Shown here piece after piece: positions 1 to 12,000 of a stretch of DNA of 51,243 nucleotides; position 1 is the first letter of the stretch, and every line of letters starts with the position of its first letter. The stretch lies in IMG/VR virus record IMGVR_UViG_3300027917_000060, positions 1 through 51,243 of that record; one strand, 5' to 3'. The stretch is from a virus. Its lineage: Duplodnaviria > Caudoviricetes. The notes beneath the pieces are model-generated. The model did not search any database. It saw only the letters and a program-made list of their open reading frames with translations, and was not told where the DNA came from. A program made the translations under genes and the position numbers.

Positions 1-181
1 CCCGCGCATCTCTCCTCGTAGTCGCCTCGATAAACCCCGCCGCAGCCAGGCGCTCGCTTTGTAGCGTCGCCTCCGCGTCTTGCGCACGCCCGCGCAAATA
101 CTCCGCATACGCCCACCCAGCCACAGCCGCAAGAATCAGTGCGAGTATCACCGCCCAACGTATTTTGCGTTTCCAGCTCAT
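1..181 (-). CDS. Membrane-anchored lysis-module protein, possible i-spanin (Rz-like); truncated by the window edge
   Basis: Read by hand: MSWKRKIRWAVILALILAAVAGWAYAEYLRGRAQDAEATLQSERLAAAG... It has a basic N-terminus, one TM segment and a helical Ala-rich region. ATGA overlap with the upstream stop; lies downstream of the endolysin. Confidence 0.5.
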   Translation of the reverse strand, partial: MSWKRKIRWAVILALILAAVAGWAYAEYLRGRAQDAEATLQSERLAAAGFIEATTRRDAR

Positions 182-447
182 TTTTTGTGCCTTTCGCTGA
201 GCAGCGTCAAGGGATTGCGTATACGTAGGGTGGAGCGGCGGCGCCTATCACGGAACGCACGGCGTGCTTCCTTGAACTCCTCCTCAGTCGGGTAATACGG
301 CTCGTAAAACTTTCCAGTAAGCTCGGTGATCTTGTCCGCTTCAGCATTGATACGGATGAGTTCTAGGCCATACGCTGCTTTCCATGAATGATCAATGAGC
401 ACGCGCACGTGCAACCGGCTAAACCCATCGTAATAATCAGCGGCCAT
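178..447 (-). CDS. Hypothetical protein (89 aa)
   Basis: Start moved to the ATG at 447 (MAADYYDG...). It overlaps the end of the upstream gene and fits operon packing. Confidence 0.5.
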   Translation of the reverse strand: MAADYYDGFSRLHVRVLIDHSWKAAYGLELIRINAEADKITELTGKFYEPYYPTEEEFKEARRAFRDRRRRSTLRIRNPLTLLSERHKK

Positions 448-769
448 TGTTGGGGTGACGACGTGCGTCGCTGATCTCCAGCAAACGCAAACGGTCTTCG
501 ATAGCACGCACACGGTCAGCGAAGTCGCGCGGAGTATCCTCGGCCATGCGCACACGAAGATCCGCCAGTTCCCCCATGATGCCCGTGATTGCTTCGGCGG
601 CAAGTCGCTGGTCGTTCAGCGCGTCGGCGTTCGTGTACGTGTTGCCCTTGAGGATGGACACTTGGATTATGAGGTAGACGAGGAGTGGTGCTGTGATGCT
701 TGCGAATAGCAGTTGCAGCCACTTTCCCGTTGCGCCGTTTGGAAAATCTCTCAACGTGTCAGTCCTCAT
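437..769 (-). CDS. Single-TM protein with coiled coil, holin/lysis-associated candidate
   Basis: GGAGG RBS before the ATG at 769; TM segment WLQLLFASITAPLLVYLIIQVSIL; directly after the endolysin. Confidence 0.5.
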   Translation of the reverse strand: MRTDTLRDFPNGATGKWLQLLFASITAPLLVYLIIQVSILKGNTYTNADALNDQRLAAEAITGIMGELADLRVRMAEDTPRDFADRVRAIEDRLRLLEISDARRHPNNGR

Positions 770-780
770 TGCGGCCTCCA

Positions 781-1254
781 CTAAGCACCGCGTAGCATCT
801 TGATGAAAAGCTCCCAAGGGAAGTTAATGCCAGGGCATGTCTTCGGTGCAAATTCATTATGTGGGTGGATGTGGCCCTCGTCGATGGGTATGTCGTGCAG
901 GTCCGCAAGTGCACGTACATGCCGCGCGCAAAACCTCAACATCTCAGCAGGGGGTTTACTGGTATCGAAGTCGCCGACTAGAACCACACCCAGCCCAAGC
1001 TTGTTCATGTTCTGCTGGTAGCAGTGTGCACCATCGCTCAGGAAGTCGCGTCCCATGAGCGCTTCGTAATGCCCAGCTCCCGTCGCGTCTTCGATGTACT
1101 CGATGCCTAAGTGGTAGCCAATGTCCCGCCAGCCTAGATCGTCCATGTGGTAGCGTCGAATGGCGTTCCACGACGCAGTGCCAGAGTCCTTCGTTGCGCT
1201 GTGGTGCATGACGATATGTGACTTCTTCATGGGCGTCTCCACATTAGCAGCCAA
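781..1254 (-). CDS. Endolysin, N-acetylmuramoyl-L-alanine amidase (Amidase_2 / T7 lysozyme-like)
   Basis: Motifs IVMHHSAT, GWRDIGYH, GAHC and H..KTCPG match the Zn-amidase pattern. The start may be at 1230. Confidence 0.92.
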   Translation of the reverse strand: MAANVETPMKKSHIVMHHSATKDSGTASWNAIRRYHMDDLGWRDIGYHLGIEYIEDATGAGHYEALMGRDFLSDGAHCYQQNMNKLGLGVVLVGDFDTSKPPAEMLRFCARHVRALADLHDIPIDEGHIHPHNEFAPKTCPGINFPWELFIKMLRGA

Positions 1255-1961
1255 GGGTTGTAACGGCGCACGCCACGGTTGTCCTCAGCTAGAAAGATAT
1301 GCCCATTGTACGCGATGCCTTCTTGCGCTTGAGAATCATCAGGCAACGCCCACTCGGCAACAACGGTGCCATCAAGGCGGAGTATCGCGCCCTTGTTGTA
1401 CGCGTCCCAGATCGCCCAGACCCAAGGCGCGCCATTAGGGTCGATGCCGTACGCCATGCCGCTCAGGTCGTAGTGCGGGTAGACGCTGAAGTTGCGCACG
1501 CACTCGACGACACCATCGACAAGGCGCACTACGTAAACACGCCCATCCGCCTGCTTGCCGATCCAGAACTCGTCGGTGTCCGGCACATAGGTCAACGCCT
1601 CTGCTCCATAGGTGGAGTCGTAGCCAACGCAATGCTCAGCGCTGTGCGACTCAAGCACGCCATCCGCGAACGTGATCCGAAGCAGCGTCGAGGACCACTC
1701 GGTAACGACCCAAATCTCGTCGCCACGCGTTGTAATCCCTTCGAGATCGCAGTTGTCAGGACACGCACTGCCACGCAGGACGACATGATCAGTGACTACG
1801 TCATCGCGCAGTTCAAACACCTCGCCGCCATCGTCAACGAACAGTAATGAGTCGTCAGTCCACACTGCGCCGCTCGGCTCGATGTTTGGCGCATCGTTGT
1901 AGACTTCGACGCCGTTGATGCCAGGAAAGATTAGCGCAACAGCAAGCACGACACTGATCAT
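1227..1961 (-). CDS. Secreted beta-propeller protein, SdiA-regulated/YjiK-like
   Basis: Hydrophobic N-terminal signal; repeated blade motifs EPSG, DLEGIT, AEALT, DLSGMA, QEGIA. Confidence 0.6.
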   Translation of the reverse strand: MISVVLAVALIFPGINGVEVYNDAPNIEPSGAVWTDDSLLFVDDGGEVFELRDDVVTDHVVLRGSACPDNCDLEGITTRGDEIWVVTEWSSTLLRITFADGVLESHSAEHCVGYDSTYGAEALTYVPDTDEFWIGKQADGRVYVVRLVDGVVECVRNFSVYPHYDLSGMAYGIDPNGAPWVWAIWDAYNKGAILRLDGTVVAEWALPDDSQAQEGIAYNGHIFLAEDNRGVRRYNPWLLMWRRP

Positions 1962-4900
1962 GGTATGTTCTCGTACGTCCAGGTACCTTCAGGCTCCAGG
2001 TCGAGCGCACTCGGATGCTCAATCACGTCGACCGCCTCGCGTATCTGCTGCATCTCATCCTCAGCAGCACGCGCATTGAGCTTCTTGAGTTGTAGTTGCT
2101 TCATCGCCCGCCGCCACATCATGTCCAGGTTCGCTTTCATGCCCACGTCTTCGTCGCTGAGTATCGCATCAACCTCGTCAAGCATCTGCTGCGCAGGGTC
2201 GATGTACTCGAAGCGCATGCCGGTGAGTGCGTTGAAAATCCTGTGCGACACAGGCCCGGCGCTTGGGTCGTCGATCTTGCCGATTGTGGAGTACAGCCGT
2301 GTCAGGTTCCACGCGAACATCCAGTTGAGCGTGCGCCACTTCTTGCGGTTGACTCGAATGATCTCCTGGTCACGGTAGGTGTCATAGCTGACTTCAAGCC
2401 AGTCCTGCATCTTCTGTGGCATTGCCTTGATGATCGGGTAGACTTTCGAACCACGGATGAACTGCGTACGCTCAGCGCCTGAGAAGAAGTCCTTGCCTAT
2501 CAGCTCTTCGAGGATGTCGCGCTGAAACGGCCCGACCTGCGCAAACCATCCCATGAGTGTCTCACGCCAACTCCCTTGCCACAGTCTATTCACGTCCTCG
2601 CCAGGAAGATCGAAGTTCATTATCCAGGTAGACAAACGCTCAGCATACCCCTCGGGCAACGGCACGACTCCATCAGGCAGGCGCACGGCCAGCAAGTCAT
2701 TGAGGTACTGGGGTAGTAACGTGCGCTCCACGTCGCTGCGCATGTCACTTTCCTTCTCGGCGCTCAGCGATCGCGCAAACTTGAACGGACTGACGAAGCG
2801 CCCAGGCCGGTTCGCAATAAGCCCTGCCTGCAGCTGCAAGTTCTTCCGCGTCCACGTCCAGAATGGGAAGAAGAAGCGCCGGATCAGTTCACTCTCCACC
2901 CACCCAAGATCCTGATAGTCAAAGAGGAACTTGAACACACGCTGCGCAGCTTCATCAGGAGGAAGCCCACGCTTGAGCGACTGCACGAACAGCTGCATTC
3001 TGTCTGCGTTCTCGATCCACAGACCCATCTCGGTACCTGCCTGGAACGGAGCGAGCACCGGCATGCCTATCTGTGCTGGGCCGACAGCTTCACCTGCTGC
3101 CTTGCCTCCAGGTAGAAATCGCTCACGTCCTGGCAGCTTCCAACCCATGCGCCGTGCGAGCTTGGAGCGTGCCTTACTCTCTCGCTCGACGATGTCACCG
3201 AGTAGGTCGCCTACATCTGGCCGTCGATACGTTACGTTAATAATACCTAGACGCCGAGAAAGCTTACGAACCTGGGAATAGGACATAGGTCCATGTGGAG
3301 TGTGCAGCACGCCATCCCCGCCCTGCATGATCGACCACATCGTGCCACGGTCCAGAATGCCGCCAACGCCAATCTCCATCGCACTGTTGACGACGTTGGT
3401 GAGCTTGTTGCGCGTGTGGAATGCAGGCCAAACGATCGTCATGGCTCGCTTCCACCAGAAATTGATGCGGTCGTACAGAGAGAAAAGCTGGCGTAGTTCG
3501 TCGGGTAGGTAGGAGGCGCTTACGCGCGCTAAGTCCTCGGCTATTGGCACGGGCAACCAGACCTTGCCGAGAACGGCAGGGTCCGCAAGTCCGCCAGCTT
3601 GCATCGGCGTCCAGGCTTGATAGTTTGGGTCGTAGATGTCGCGCGCATTGACAATCGACTCGTTCGCGTCACGACCTGGCGCAAGATCACGTCCTTTGTA
3701 CCTCCCTGCCGCTTCCGCCTCCTCCACGTACTTCTTCCATATGAAGTCGGCAGAACGATTGTTCGGTGCGTGACGGAAGCGATAGAGCAAGAACTCACGC
3801 CGTGCCGCATCGTCAAGCTTGGCAACGGCTTCAATCGGCACGAGCGATTCGAACGCCATTTGACGCGCCTTGTTCAGCTGCTCCTCGACCGGCATCGCAA
3901 TCCGTCCTAGGTGATTCGTGCGCGCGTTCATCACCTCTTTCCAGGTGGGCTCAGGTAGGGGCGTACCTGCACGAAAGATCATCTTCTGCGCAGCAGGCGT
4001 GTGCGGGCTGATGTTCCGCCCAAAGCGTTCGACGGACTCAGACAGAAAGTCGTGTGTCGTGAGTGCACGGCGGCCTGCCTGCATGCGAATCGCCGCGATC
4101 TCCGCCAGGTTGAGCTTGGGCACGAAGCCTAGGCGCTGTGCCTCGCGTAGCGTAGGCACCACACGCGCATGCGTGAACGGCTCAGTGATCGACGGAGCAC
4201 GTGGCTTCAGTTCGCGTGGGCGAAACGCCCGCACACGCCGGGTACTTTCGTATATATGCGATACGTAGTTCTTAACGCGTATGTCACTGAAGCGCTTAAG
4301 CAGCTTCTCACTTACACCTACTGTGCTTCCCGTGCGCACCCAGTCTTCAAAGCGTTGGCGTGTCTGCGGATTGAAGCCGCCTTTCGCTTTCTTACCCTTA
4401 CCGCTCTTGCGCGGTAGGAAGCCTCGGTGTACCTCTTCAATAAGCAAGTCGTCCATGGCAGCACGGTACATCTGTGACGCTTCGGCAACCCGCGCTGCAT
4501 ACCCTCCTCCTTTGCGGGCTGCAAGCTGCTGCAGGAACACATCCAACGTCCCTTCTTCAAGCACCATGGAAAGCTCTTCAAGATCACTAGCATCAATACC
4601 ATGGAATATGCGGGCAATGGTATCCCGCACCATGAGCGTCTCGAAACCTAGCTTGTCGTAGTACTCAGCCTGCTTGAACCACTTGTACTCCAGCCCCGCT
4701 TGTGGGTTCGTACGGTGGAACAGGAACCCCATTGCGTTACCCGTGTCACGAATCTGCTGGGGCACCCACTGCATAAACCTGCCTAGGTCACGCTGCAAAT
4801 TACCGGGCTTGGTCGAAAGCCTGGCGCCAAGTCTATCCACCACGTCCAGCGTTCCACGTCCTACGATCTTTGCGAGAGATTCCGCAACGTAATCCTGCAT

Positions 4901-6025
4901 GAGCACACCCTTACGCAACACCTCCTTCTTGCGCAAGAATGACGTGCCAGGCAGCGTGTACCCTGCAATCTTCAGCCCGCCCATGTCCAGAAACTGCTCA
5001 GCATTCCCACGCACGCTCAGCAGCTTCCGCATCTCATCGCCAGCGGCTCGATGATAGTTACGAATCGCGTCGACGCTGAGATCCAGCTCCGACGCTGCGC
5101 CCGCCGCTGCCATCGCCTCCTGCTTCATCAACTGCACAAGCTCGCCATACTTCGCTCGGCCTGTCGTGTTGAGGATCTGGTGCGCGCCAAGCGTGATGCC
5201 CTTGCGTGATGCACCTATGCCTAGAATGTTGATTGGGTCTACGAGTAGATCCAACCCCAGGCCGAGTCCCGCCGTAGAGATGTTGTCGTCGTACCCCGAC
5301 GCCAGCAGCACTTCCTTCCAGGTCGGCCCCATTTCCTCGGGGATGAAGACCCACCCCTTGTCAGAGCCTCGCAAAGCTGCCATCGCAGCCCTTTTTGCGT
5401 CTTCAGCCGTTGCACCTTTTTCGAGCGCGAGCTGGTGCGCCGTGATCGCGCCACGCCCTCGATCAAGGTTGCGCAGAAGGATGTCGAGCGCACGCCACCC
5501 CTTACGCCCAGCCCCCATCGCTGCGCGTTGCAGCTTCTCGAACCACGAATCGTTGAGATTAATGCGCTCGGCGAGATCTGGGTGCTTCTCCTGGAAAAGC
5601 TTGAGCGCCATGCGGTCCCGCTCAACTTCACTGATCTTACGTAACGCTCCGTCAAGACGCGCCTTCTCCAGAATACGCGCTTGCGTTTCTTGCCCGGTCG
5701 TCATGGGCGGCCCCATGGGCTTGGAGGGCGTAGGCGCCGAGATCTCCCCCAACCGCGTCATCGCAAGCCAGCGCAGCTCGCTCAGATCAGGGTCAGGGCC
5801 AACCTGGATCTGCGGTTCGCGCATCCCGAACTGCAGCTCGCGTGCCATGTCTTCGAATGCACGCGCCATTTCCTCAGGGGACGTGGCGCCTTGTGTGCCA
5901 AGCTGTGCAGGCGCTTCGGGGCGCTGCGCAAACGACTCGATCGTTGCGGGTGCGTTCGACGTAGGGAACGTCTGCGCTAGATCACGGTACACCTCTTCAG
6001 GATCGAACTCAGGCCCAAGTGGCAT
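1958..6025 (-). CDS. Large internal virion / DNA-ejection protein (1355 aa)
   Basis: Last and largest-class genes after the tail genes. GLDLLVDP near the N-terminus and PAFHTRN / FDYQDL..E..IRRFFFPFWTWTRKN near the C-terminus resemble podovirus internal proteins. Confidence 0.7.
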   Translation of the reverse strand: MPLGPEFDPEEVYRDLAQTFPTSNAPATIESFAQRPEAPAQLGTQGATSPEEMARAFEDMARELQFGMREPQIQVGPDPDLSELRWLAMTRLGEISAPTPSKPMGPPMTTGQETQARILEKARLDGALRKISEVERDRMALKLFQEKHPDLAERINLNDSWFEKLQRAAMGAGRKGWRALDILLRNLDRGRGAITAHQLALEKGATAEDAKRAAMAALRGSDKGWVFIPEEMGPTWKEVLLASGYDDNISTAGLGLGLDLLVDPINILGIGASRKGITLGAHQILNTTGRAKYGELVQLMKQEAMAAAGAASELDLSVDAIRNYHRAAGDEMRKLLSVRGNAEQFLDMGGLKIAGYTLPGTSFLRKKEVLRKGVLMQDYVAESLAKIVGRGTLDVVDRLGARLSTKPGNLQRDLGRFMQWVPQQIRDTGNAMGFLFHRTNPQAGLEYKWFKQAEYYDKLGFETLMVRDTIARIFHGIDASDLEELSMVLEEGTLDVFLQQLAARKGGGYAARVAEASQMYRAAMDDLLIEEVHRGFLPRKSGKGKKAKGGFNPQTRQRFEDWVRTGSTVGVSEKLLKRFSDIRVKNYVSHIYESTRRVRAFRPRELKPRAPSITEPFTHARVVPTLREAQRLGFVPKLNLAEIAAIRMQAGRRALTTHDFLSESVERFGRNISPHTPAAQKMIFRAGTPLPEPTWKEVMNARTNHLGRIAMPVEEQLNKARQMAFESLVPIEAVAKLDDAARREFLLYRFRHAPNNRSADFIWKKYVEEAEAAGRYKGRDLAPGRDANESIVNARDIYDPNYQAWTPMQAGGLADPAVLGKVWLPVPIAEDLARVSASYLPDELRQLFSLYDRINFWWKRAMTIVWPAFHTRNKLTNVVNSAMEIGVGGILDRGTMWSIMQGGDGVLHTPHGPMSYSQVRKLSRRLGIINVTYRRPDVGDLLGDIVERESKARSKLARRMGWKLPGRERFLPGGKAAGEAVGPAQIGMPVLAPFQAGTEMGLWIENADRMQLFVQSLKRGLPPDEAAQRVFKFLFDYQDLGWVESELIRRFFFPFWTWTRKNLQLQAGLIANRPGRFVSPFKFARSLSAEKESDMRSDVERTLLPQYLNDLLAVRLPDGVVPLPEGYAERLSTWIMNFDLPGEDVNRLWQGSWRETLMGWFAQVGPFQRDILEELIGKDFFSGAERTQFIRGSKVYPIIKAMPQKMQDWLEVSYDTYRDQEIIRVNRKKWRTLNWMFAWNLTRLYSTIGKIDDPSAGPVSHRIFNALTGMRFEYIDPAQQMLDEVDAILSDEDVGMKANLDMMWRRAMKQLQLKKLNARAAEDEMQQIREAVDVIEHPSALDLEPEGTWTYENIP

Positions 6026-9000
6026 TACTCAGTTTCCCTCTCTGGCCGCGCGAGTTCAACGCCGATTTCGCGCTCCATCTGGCGCATCTCACGCCCGCGC
6101 GCTGCACGTGCATACGCCAACAGCTTCGCGTACTTCCTGCCTACTGCACGCCAGTCTGTCAACTTGCCGATCTGTGGGTCCCACTCGATCCTGGCTTTCG
6201 TCTTGTCCTGGCGGGCGTATTTCGTAAGCGCCTCTGGCGACACGCGCAAGAACTCTATGTCCAGCGGCTTGCCGATCTGCATCGAGCGCTTGACATTAGC
6301 GAAGAACGAGTCAGCAGGCACGACAGTGTCCGCACCTCCCTTTGCGCGCACTAGCACGTGCGTCGCACTCACGTTCTTGCCTTGCGCATCGAACACAGGA
6401 GACCACTCGACCTTTGTAGGCTCGACCGCCCAGCCCTTGGCAGGCGCTTCTATCTCCAGCTCCGGTGTATCTCCCGGCTGCTTGATCTCAACGGCTTCTA
6501 CATCCTTCTGATCAATGGGGAGTGCGTCAACGACCTTCTGCGTCTGCTTCGTGGGCTTGCGAATGTGATCAAGCAAGGCAAGCATGTTTGCGCCGCGCTC
6601 CCTGCCCTCACCAAGCCCAATGCGAACGAGTTCGTCACGTCCAAGCACTTCTTCGGCTTGCATCAGCCCATCGATGTACTTACCGAACGCATCGGAGAGC
6701 CTGTTGTACTTGCGCATACGCATAGCTTCTTGCCGCAACATATCCGCAGGCGTGCGCTTCAACTTACTCGTCGTCACTTCGCCCGTGCTGACATCAATCG
6801 CGCCTGCAGACATCAGCTGCTTGTGCAAGTTGCGTCGGTACTTCAAGTACGCCCTGTTCTGTGCGTCAACGAAATCCTCGTACCTACCCAGCTCGCTGGA
6901 GTACTCAAGAATCGAAGCAGTCGCCTCGCCAACACGCTTGATATCGAGTTGCAGCTGTGCACGTTGCTTGTCGCTAATCTTGCCCGACAGCTTCTCCTGC
7001 ATCTTGAGCATCGCGTCACGCATACGCCGCGCGATGTAGTTCGTCTGATAGCGGCGGGGGCGTACTGTCGTCTCACCACGCACAGGCGCCGCGCCTCGCT
7101 GCTCCACTGCCGCCTTCGAGACCGCGTAGTGCTCTGGCGACATGGCGCGCTCGAACAGCTGATCTGCGCGAGGCGTGCCCTTTTCAGCGTACGCTTTCTT
7201 CAACCCTTCTGTAGGCACGTCTGGGAAGTTGCGCTCAAGATAGCGTTTGAGTGCAGTGGCGTAGATGTGTGCTTCGCGTCCCGACTCCGCGTCCCACGAC
7301 AACTCACCCTTGGCATTCCAGTCTTTCTTCGAGTCGCGGATGAGCTGGGCAAGGCGTGCCAACGATCCTGGCTGTCCTTCCTCCGTAAGGTCCGTGATCT
7401 CGCCCGCTTCGTTCCTACGAAACGCGCGTGGATTGGACTCAGCAGCAGTAAGTGCGGACTCCAGGATGCGCCGCGCGTGATTCAGCGAGATCTCACGTCC
7501 AGGCAGCTCGTAGATAGCGCCAACTTCACCCTCTTCCACCATGGTTTCACGCGCCGTTGCGCGCTCCTCAGGCCGCACGTCCTCCATGCCCTCAATACGT
7601 GGCGGGTTGAAGGCACCAACTTCGCGCTCACGCTTCGTCGTCTCGACACGCATTTCAGGGTCAGGCGCAATGTCATCCCATGGTGTGCCTTCACGTGTGC
7701 GCGCAACACGGTCTGCAATGTCCAGCATGTGCTGCGCGGTCTTCGCAAGCGGAGAGATCTGGTCGCGTGTCCACTTCTTGCCTTGCTTGGTGAGCGCCTT
7801 CTTGATCTCGGTGACATATTCCAGCGGCATGCTGAGCGCCGTGGCGACATCCTCCGCACTACCTGGCGTGCGGTCGATACGCATCACCTCGTCGAGCGCG
7901 TGCACCATCGCCTCGCCGTCCGTGCGCGCGAGATCGAAGTCTTTGTTGCTAAGCTTCGCAAGCATGTCTGCGTAGTCACCAATCAGCTTGAAGCCCTTGG
8001 TCGTCGCTTCGAGGTACGGCTCACTTGGATGCGTAGGAATCTTCCAGTTCAGGTTCAAGAAGTCCTTGATGAAGGTGCGTAGTTTGCCGTGTACGCCTCT
8101 GAATCCCGTGTCCTTGCCTGACTTCTCGACGTTGAGGTACGGATCAGCGACGAGCTTGCCTGACATCTTGCCACGCATGCGCTTCTCGCCTTTGCCGTAG
8201 TCCATCTCGCGGTATTCGAGAGATGCAGGTCCTTCACGCCCACGCTCACCTCTTGGAAGCGTGCCTTTGTTGATCTGGTCGCCTGCTTCGCCTCGCGCTC
8301 GTGCTCGCAACACTTCGAAGATCGCGCGTTGCAAGTTGTAGTTCGGGCCAGCTTCGGTCGAGCGGTAGTCGGCGCTGTTCCCCCACACTGGGCTAGGGAA
8401 GTCCGCCCAGACCGTGCCGGATGCAGGGGTCTTGGGCTGCATGTAGCCACTGAGTGCACCCAACGCTTCATCAGGCAACTTGTGCAGCACTTCCTTGGCT
8501 ACGTCGACCCAGTCTTCCTTGCTCATGGTGGGGCGTTGACGCTTGGCGCCCTCTTCACGCAGCCGTCGCGCTTCGCCTCGCACCTTCTGCAGCACGTACA
8601 GCAGCTCCGCAGGCTCGATTTCGCGTCCTTGGAACGTGAGGTTACTGCGTGACTGCTCCACACCCGTCACCATGTGCAGCGGGATCTTCTCGTTGCCGAT
8701 GGTGAACTCCTGGTTCTCGAAGGAGTAGAGATCGCGCGTGTCGTAGTGCTGACCTTTGGGTGGCTTGGGGATTGCGCGCTTTGTGCCGTCGCGTAGAATA
8801 AGCTTCCCGCCAGGGAGTGCAGGCAGCAACCGCTCCACACGTGGCTTCAGCTTACGATCGATGTAGATGTCGACCTCGGTAGTTGCCCCTTCCTTCGGGT
8901 CCCACTCCATGTGCATCAACTGGTCTTCGATAGTACTGCGCCGTCGGTAGAGTTCGTCGACGTATTCGTTGAGTGCTTCTGTGTGTAGACGCTGCTCACC

Positions 9001-12000
9001 AGCCGTCGTACGCATTGGCTTGCCGGATTGCAGCTCTGAACCAGGAATAGGCACGAACCCAGTGATGCGCCCACGCTGGGCCGCACGCTCTGCACCGCGC
9101 GTCTCTGCTTGCTGCTGCAACTGGTCGTACATCTCAACGATATGCCGTGAGAGTTCTCGCCCGCGCGCCTTGATGTTCTCTACCTTGCTGCCACGCACGT
9201 ACATCTCGTCGATCGCCATGGCGAGCTTTTCGAGATCTTTCGCCGCGACCGCAGCCGCACGCTGCTGAGACGTAGGCCGCTCGACCAACGGGCGCTGTGT
9301 CGTCCTGAGCCCACGCCCCGCGTTACGCAGCATGAGGCGGTAGAGGTTCGTAGCTTGGCGTGCGTTGTCTACGTCTGCGGGAGGCGTTGGCAAGAGTTCG
9401 TCAGCCACGAACGTGCGCGTCTCGAACGGTTCGCCCACGACTGGTTCGCCACCTCGTATGACTGACGTAGCGCCTGGCGTCACAGGCATCTCACGCTGTG
9501 TCGTGACCTCGGGGACCGTGCGTGTCATGTTCGCCAAGTCCATAATCTTGGCGTGCATGAGCTGTAGGATCTTGCGATCGCCCCGTTGGCGCGCATCACG
9601 CAGCGCGGCGTCGAACTCCTCAGGACCCGCGTAATCCGGGTTGGAGTAAACGCGCGCCTCACGCTCACGCTCTGCACGGACTTGAGGTGCTTCAGGTTCG
9701 CCACGCGCAGCAGGCGGACGTGGAGGTCGCGGCGCTTCCCGCTCCGCCCGCGCAACGTCCATCGCCTCAGTTGAGATCGTTGGGCGAGTGCGAGGCGGTT
9801 GTCCTTCAAGTCCTCCAGCTTGTGCCTCGGTCAGCGTCGTAGGCCCACGACCACGCGTGCCCGTTGTCGTATAGAACGGGCCAGCGGGGCCGCCAGGTTC
9901 GCGCCCACGTGGGGCGGGGAGTTTCAGGCCGCCACGGTAGCGTTCGGGGACCACGCGTGACCGAGGCTGGTAGTCCATGGGTTGTCGCCCACCACGCTCA
10001 TACTCTATGCCTGGAGGTGCAGGACGCTCCGGCGCCTCACGCGGCACGCGGAACTCTTCCATAGCCTGCCGCCCTTCCTCGGCGTCTCTAGCACGCTTCA
10101 CCCGCTCGATGATGCGCGCTGTCACCTCCAAATCCTCAGCTGTCGCAGTGCCTGCACGCTCCTTACTCGTAAGCCCCTGCGCCGCCCTATACATCTCCTG
10201 AATAGCGATCGTCTCGATGTCCTGCCTGTCGCGCTGATCCAACTCCTGGAACGTGCGCTCCTCCGTGATCTCCGGCATCTTGCGGTCAGGCGTCTCCATC
10301 GCTTTAAGACGTTCGCGCACACCTACAGGGATCAGCGTCTCCGTTGGGCGCACTGCCTGATCCGCCACGTTCATCCAGAACTCAGCTTCGCTGCGAGGTG
10401 AACGCTCCTCTCCACGTCGCTCCCCGCCAGTACGCCTCTCCCCTCCCTCGAGCGGTGCTCCCTCAGCTTGCCGCCGATCCTCAACGGGAGGCGCCTCCAC
10501 AGCAGGCTCTTCCGCCTCAGGTTGAAACCTCCGCTTGATCAACTCCTTAACGTCATTGACAAAGCCTTCGTACGCTTCGAGCGTGTCGGGGCGTGTGCTC
10601 TTCGACTTACGAAGATTAGCCAGGCGCGACTCCAACGCCTCCAACTTCGTCTCGATGTCTGCCTGCGACGCTGACTCTGCGTTCTTCGTGAACCACCTAC
10701 CCACCGAGGTGCCCTTGAACCGCTTCAGATCCCACGAAGCTTCCGCAGGGGTGAGCGTCGGCCCTGATGCTTGCTTGATCGTCTCGGATGCTTGCTTGCT
10801 CAGATCCGCATACCGCAGCCAGTTGATTGCTTGGAGTGCGAAGCGCGTGTTGTCGTCCGCGACGTCGCCTTCGCGTGCAAGACGCACGAGCTGATCGACG
10901 ACTTCAGGACGCCACTCGTTCGGGTTTCCAATCTTGCCCCTACGAATATTCTGGAGCACGGCGTCGAGCTGGCCTTCGACGAGTAAGGCATACGACCGCG
11001 CCTGCTCGCCCATGAGTCGATGCTCAAGCGACGCGCCTTCCGCTTCGCCACGCGCAATGATCGACTGGCGCATTGCCGGGTCGTCAAGAATCCCCCGCTT
11101 CAGCTGACCCGTTTCCTCAATGTACGTCTTGATCGCCTGTGCATCAATTACGTTGCGCGGGATCGGGATGCCTTGGTCGCTCATCACGAACTGCTTGGCA
11201 AGGTCGCCTTGCGTACGCGGAGGAATCGGCATCTGTGTGACTTCGGCAGGCGCTTCCTCTGCGGGACGTGCCCCGGTTGGTGCGGGCGCAACTTTCGGGC
11301 GCCCTCGTCCTCGTGCCACACGCCCTATCCCACGTCCTACTGCCCCAAATGCAGGCGGGAACGCCGCGAGCATGGCAAAGCCTTCAGGGTCGAACATGTC
11401 GAAGGCGCCCATGACTGTGAGGTAGAGCGGAAAGCGTTGCCCGGCGTTCTCTGCTGCTGCTTTCTCCTTCCACACTGGGCTGTGCGGATCGCCGCCCGAA
11501 ATGAGGATAGCCGCATCAGGCAGGCGTAAGCCTAGCGTTCCCAAGCGCTTAACCGCCTCACTTGCCCCCTCCATCCGCGCCGTCTCTGCCACATTCAACG
11601 CGTGGAACCCTACTCCTGCCTCGATCCCATGCTTCCACTGCGGCCACATGCGCTCGATAAGAGCCACGGCCTGCTTGGAGATGAAGCGCTGTGCCGCACC
11701 AGCTACCCCTCCCTCCGCCTCCATCCCCGCCTTCGACTTCGCAAGCTGTGACTCACTGAATTTCTTGAGCGCCTTGACTCCGCGTTGGAGTGTGGGCACG
11801 TGCTTGACCGCAGCCTTGCCTAGGGCACGCGTGCCCAGCCCGATCGCCTTGCCCACGCCCGAGTACAACCCACCTGCCGAAGCCGTCTCGACCCCAGCGC
11901 CCAACGCGACCTGCCCAGTCGTTGCGCGCGGCACCAACTTCTGCTCAGCCAGGCGTAGAAACGGGCTGAATGCCGCGAGGTTGGGTCCTGTCGTGCCCAT

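Noticed and set aside
5166-8082. Long plus-strand ORFs (353 aa, 574 aa) and many similar antisense ORFs across 1-43 kb
   Set aside because: They are shadows of GC-rich minus-strand genes, with no RBS or motifs and Ser/Arg-biased composition.
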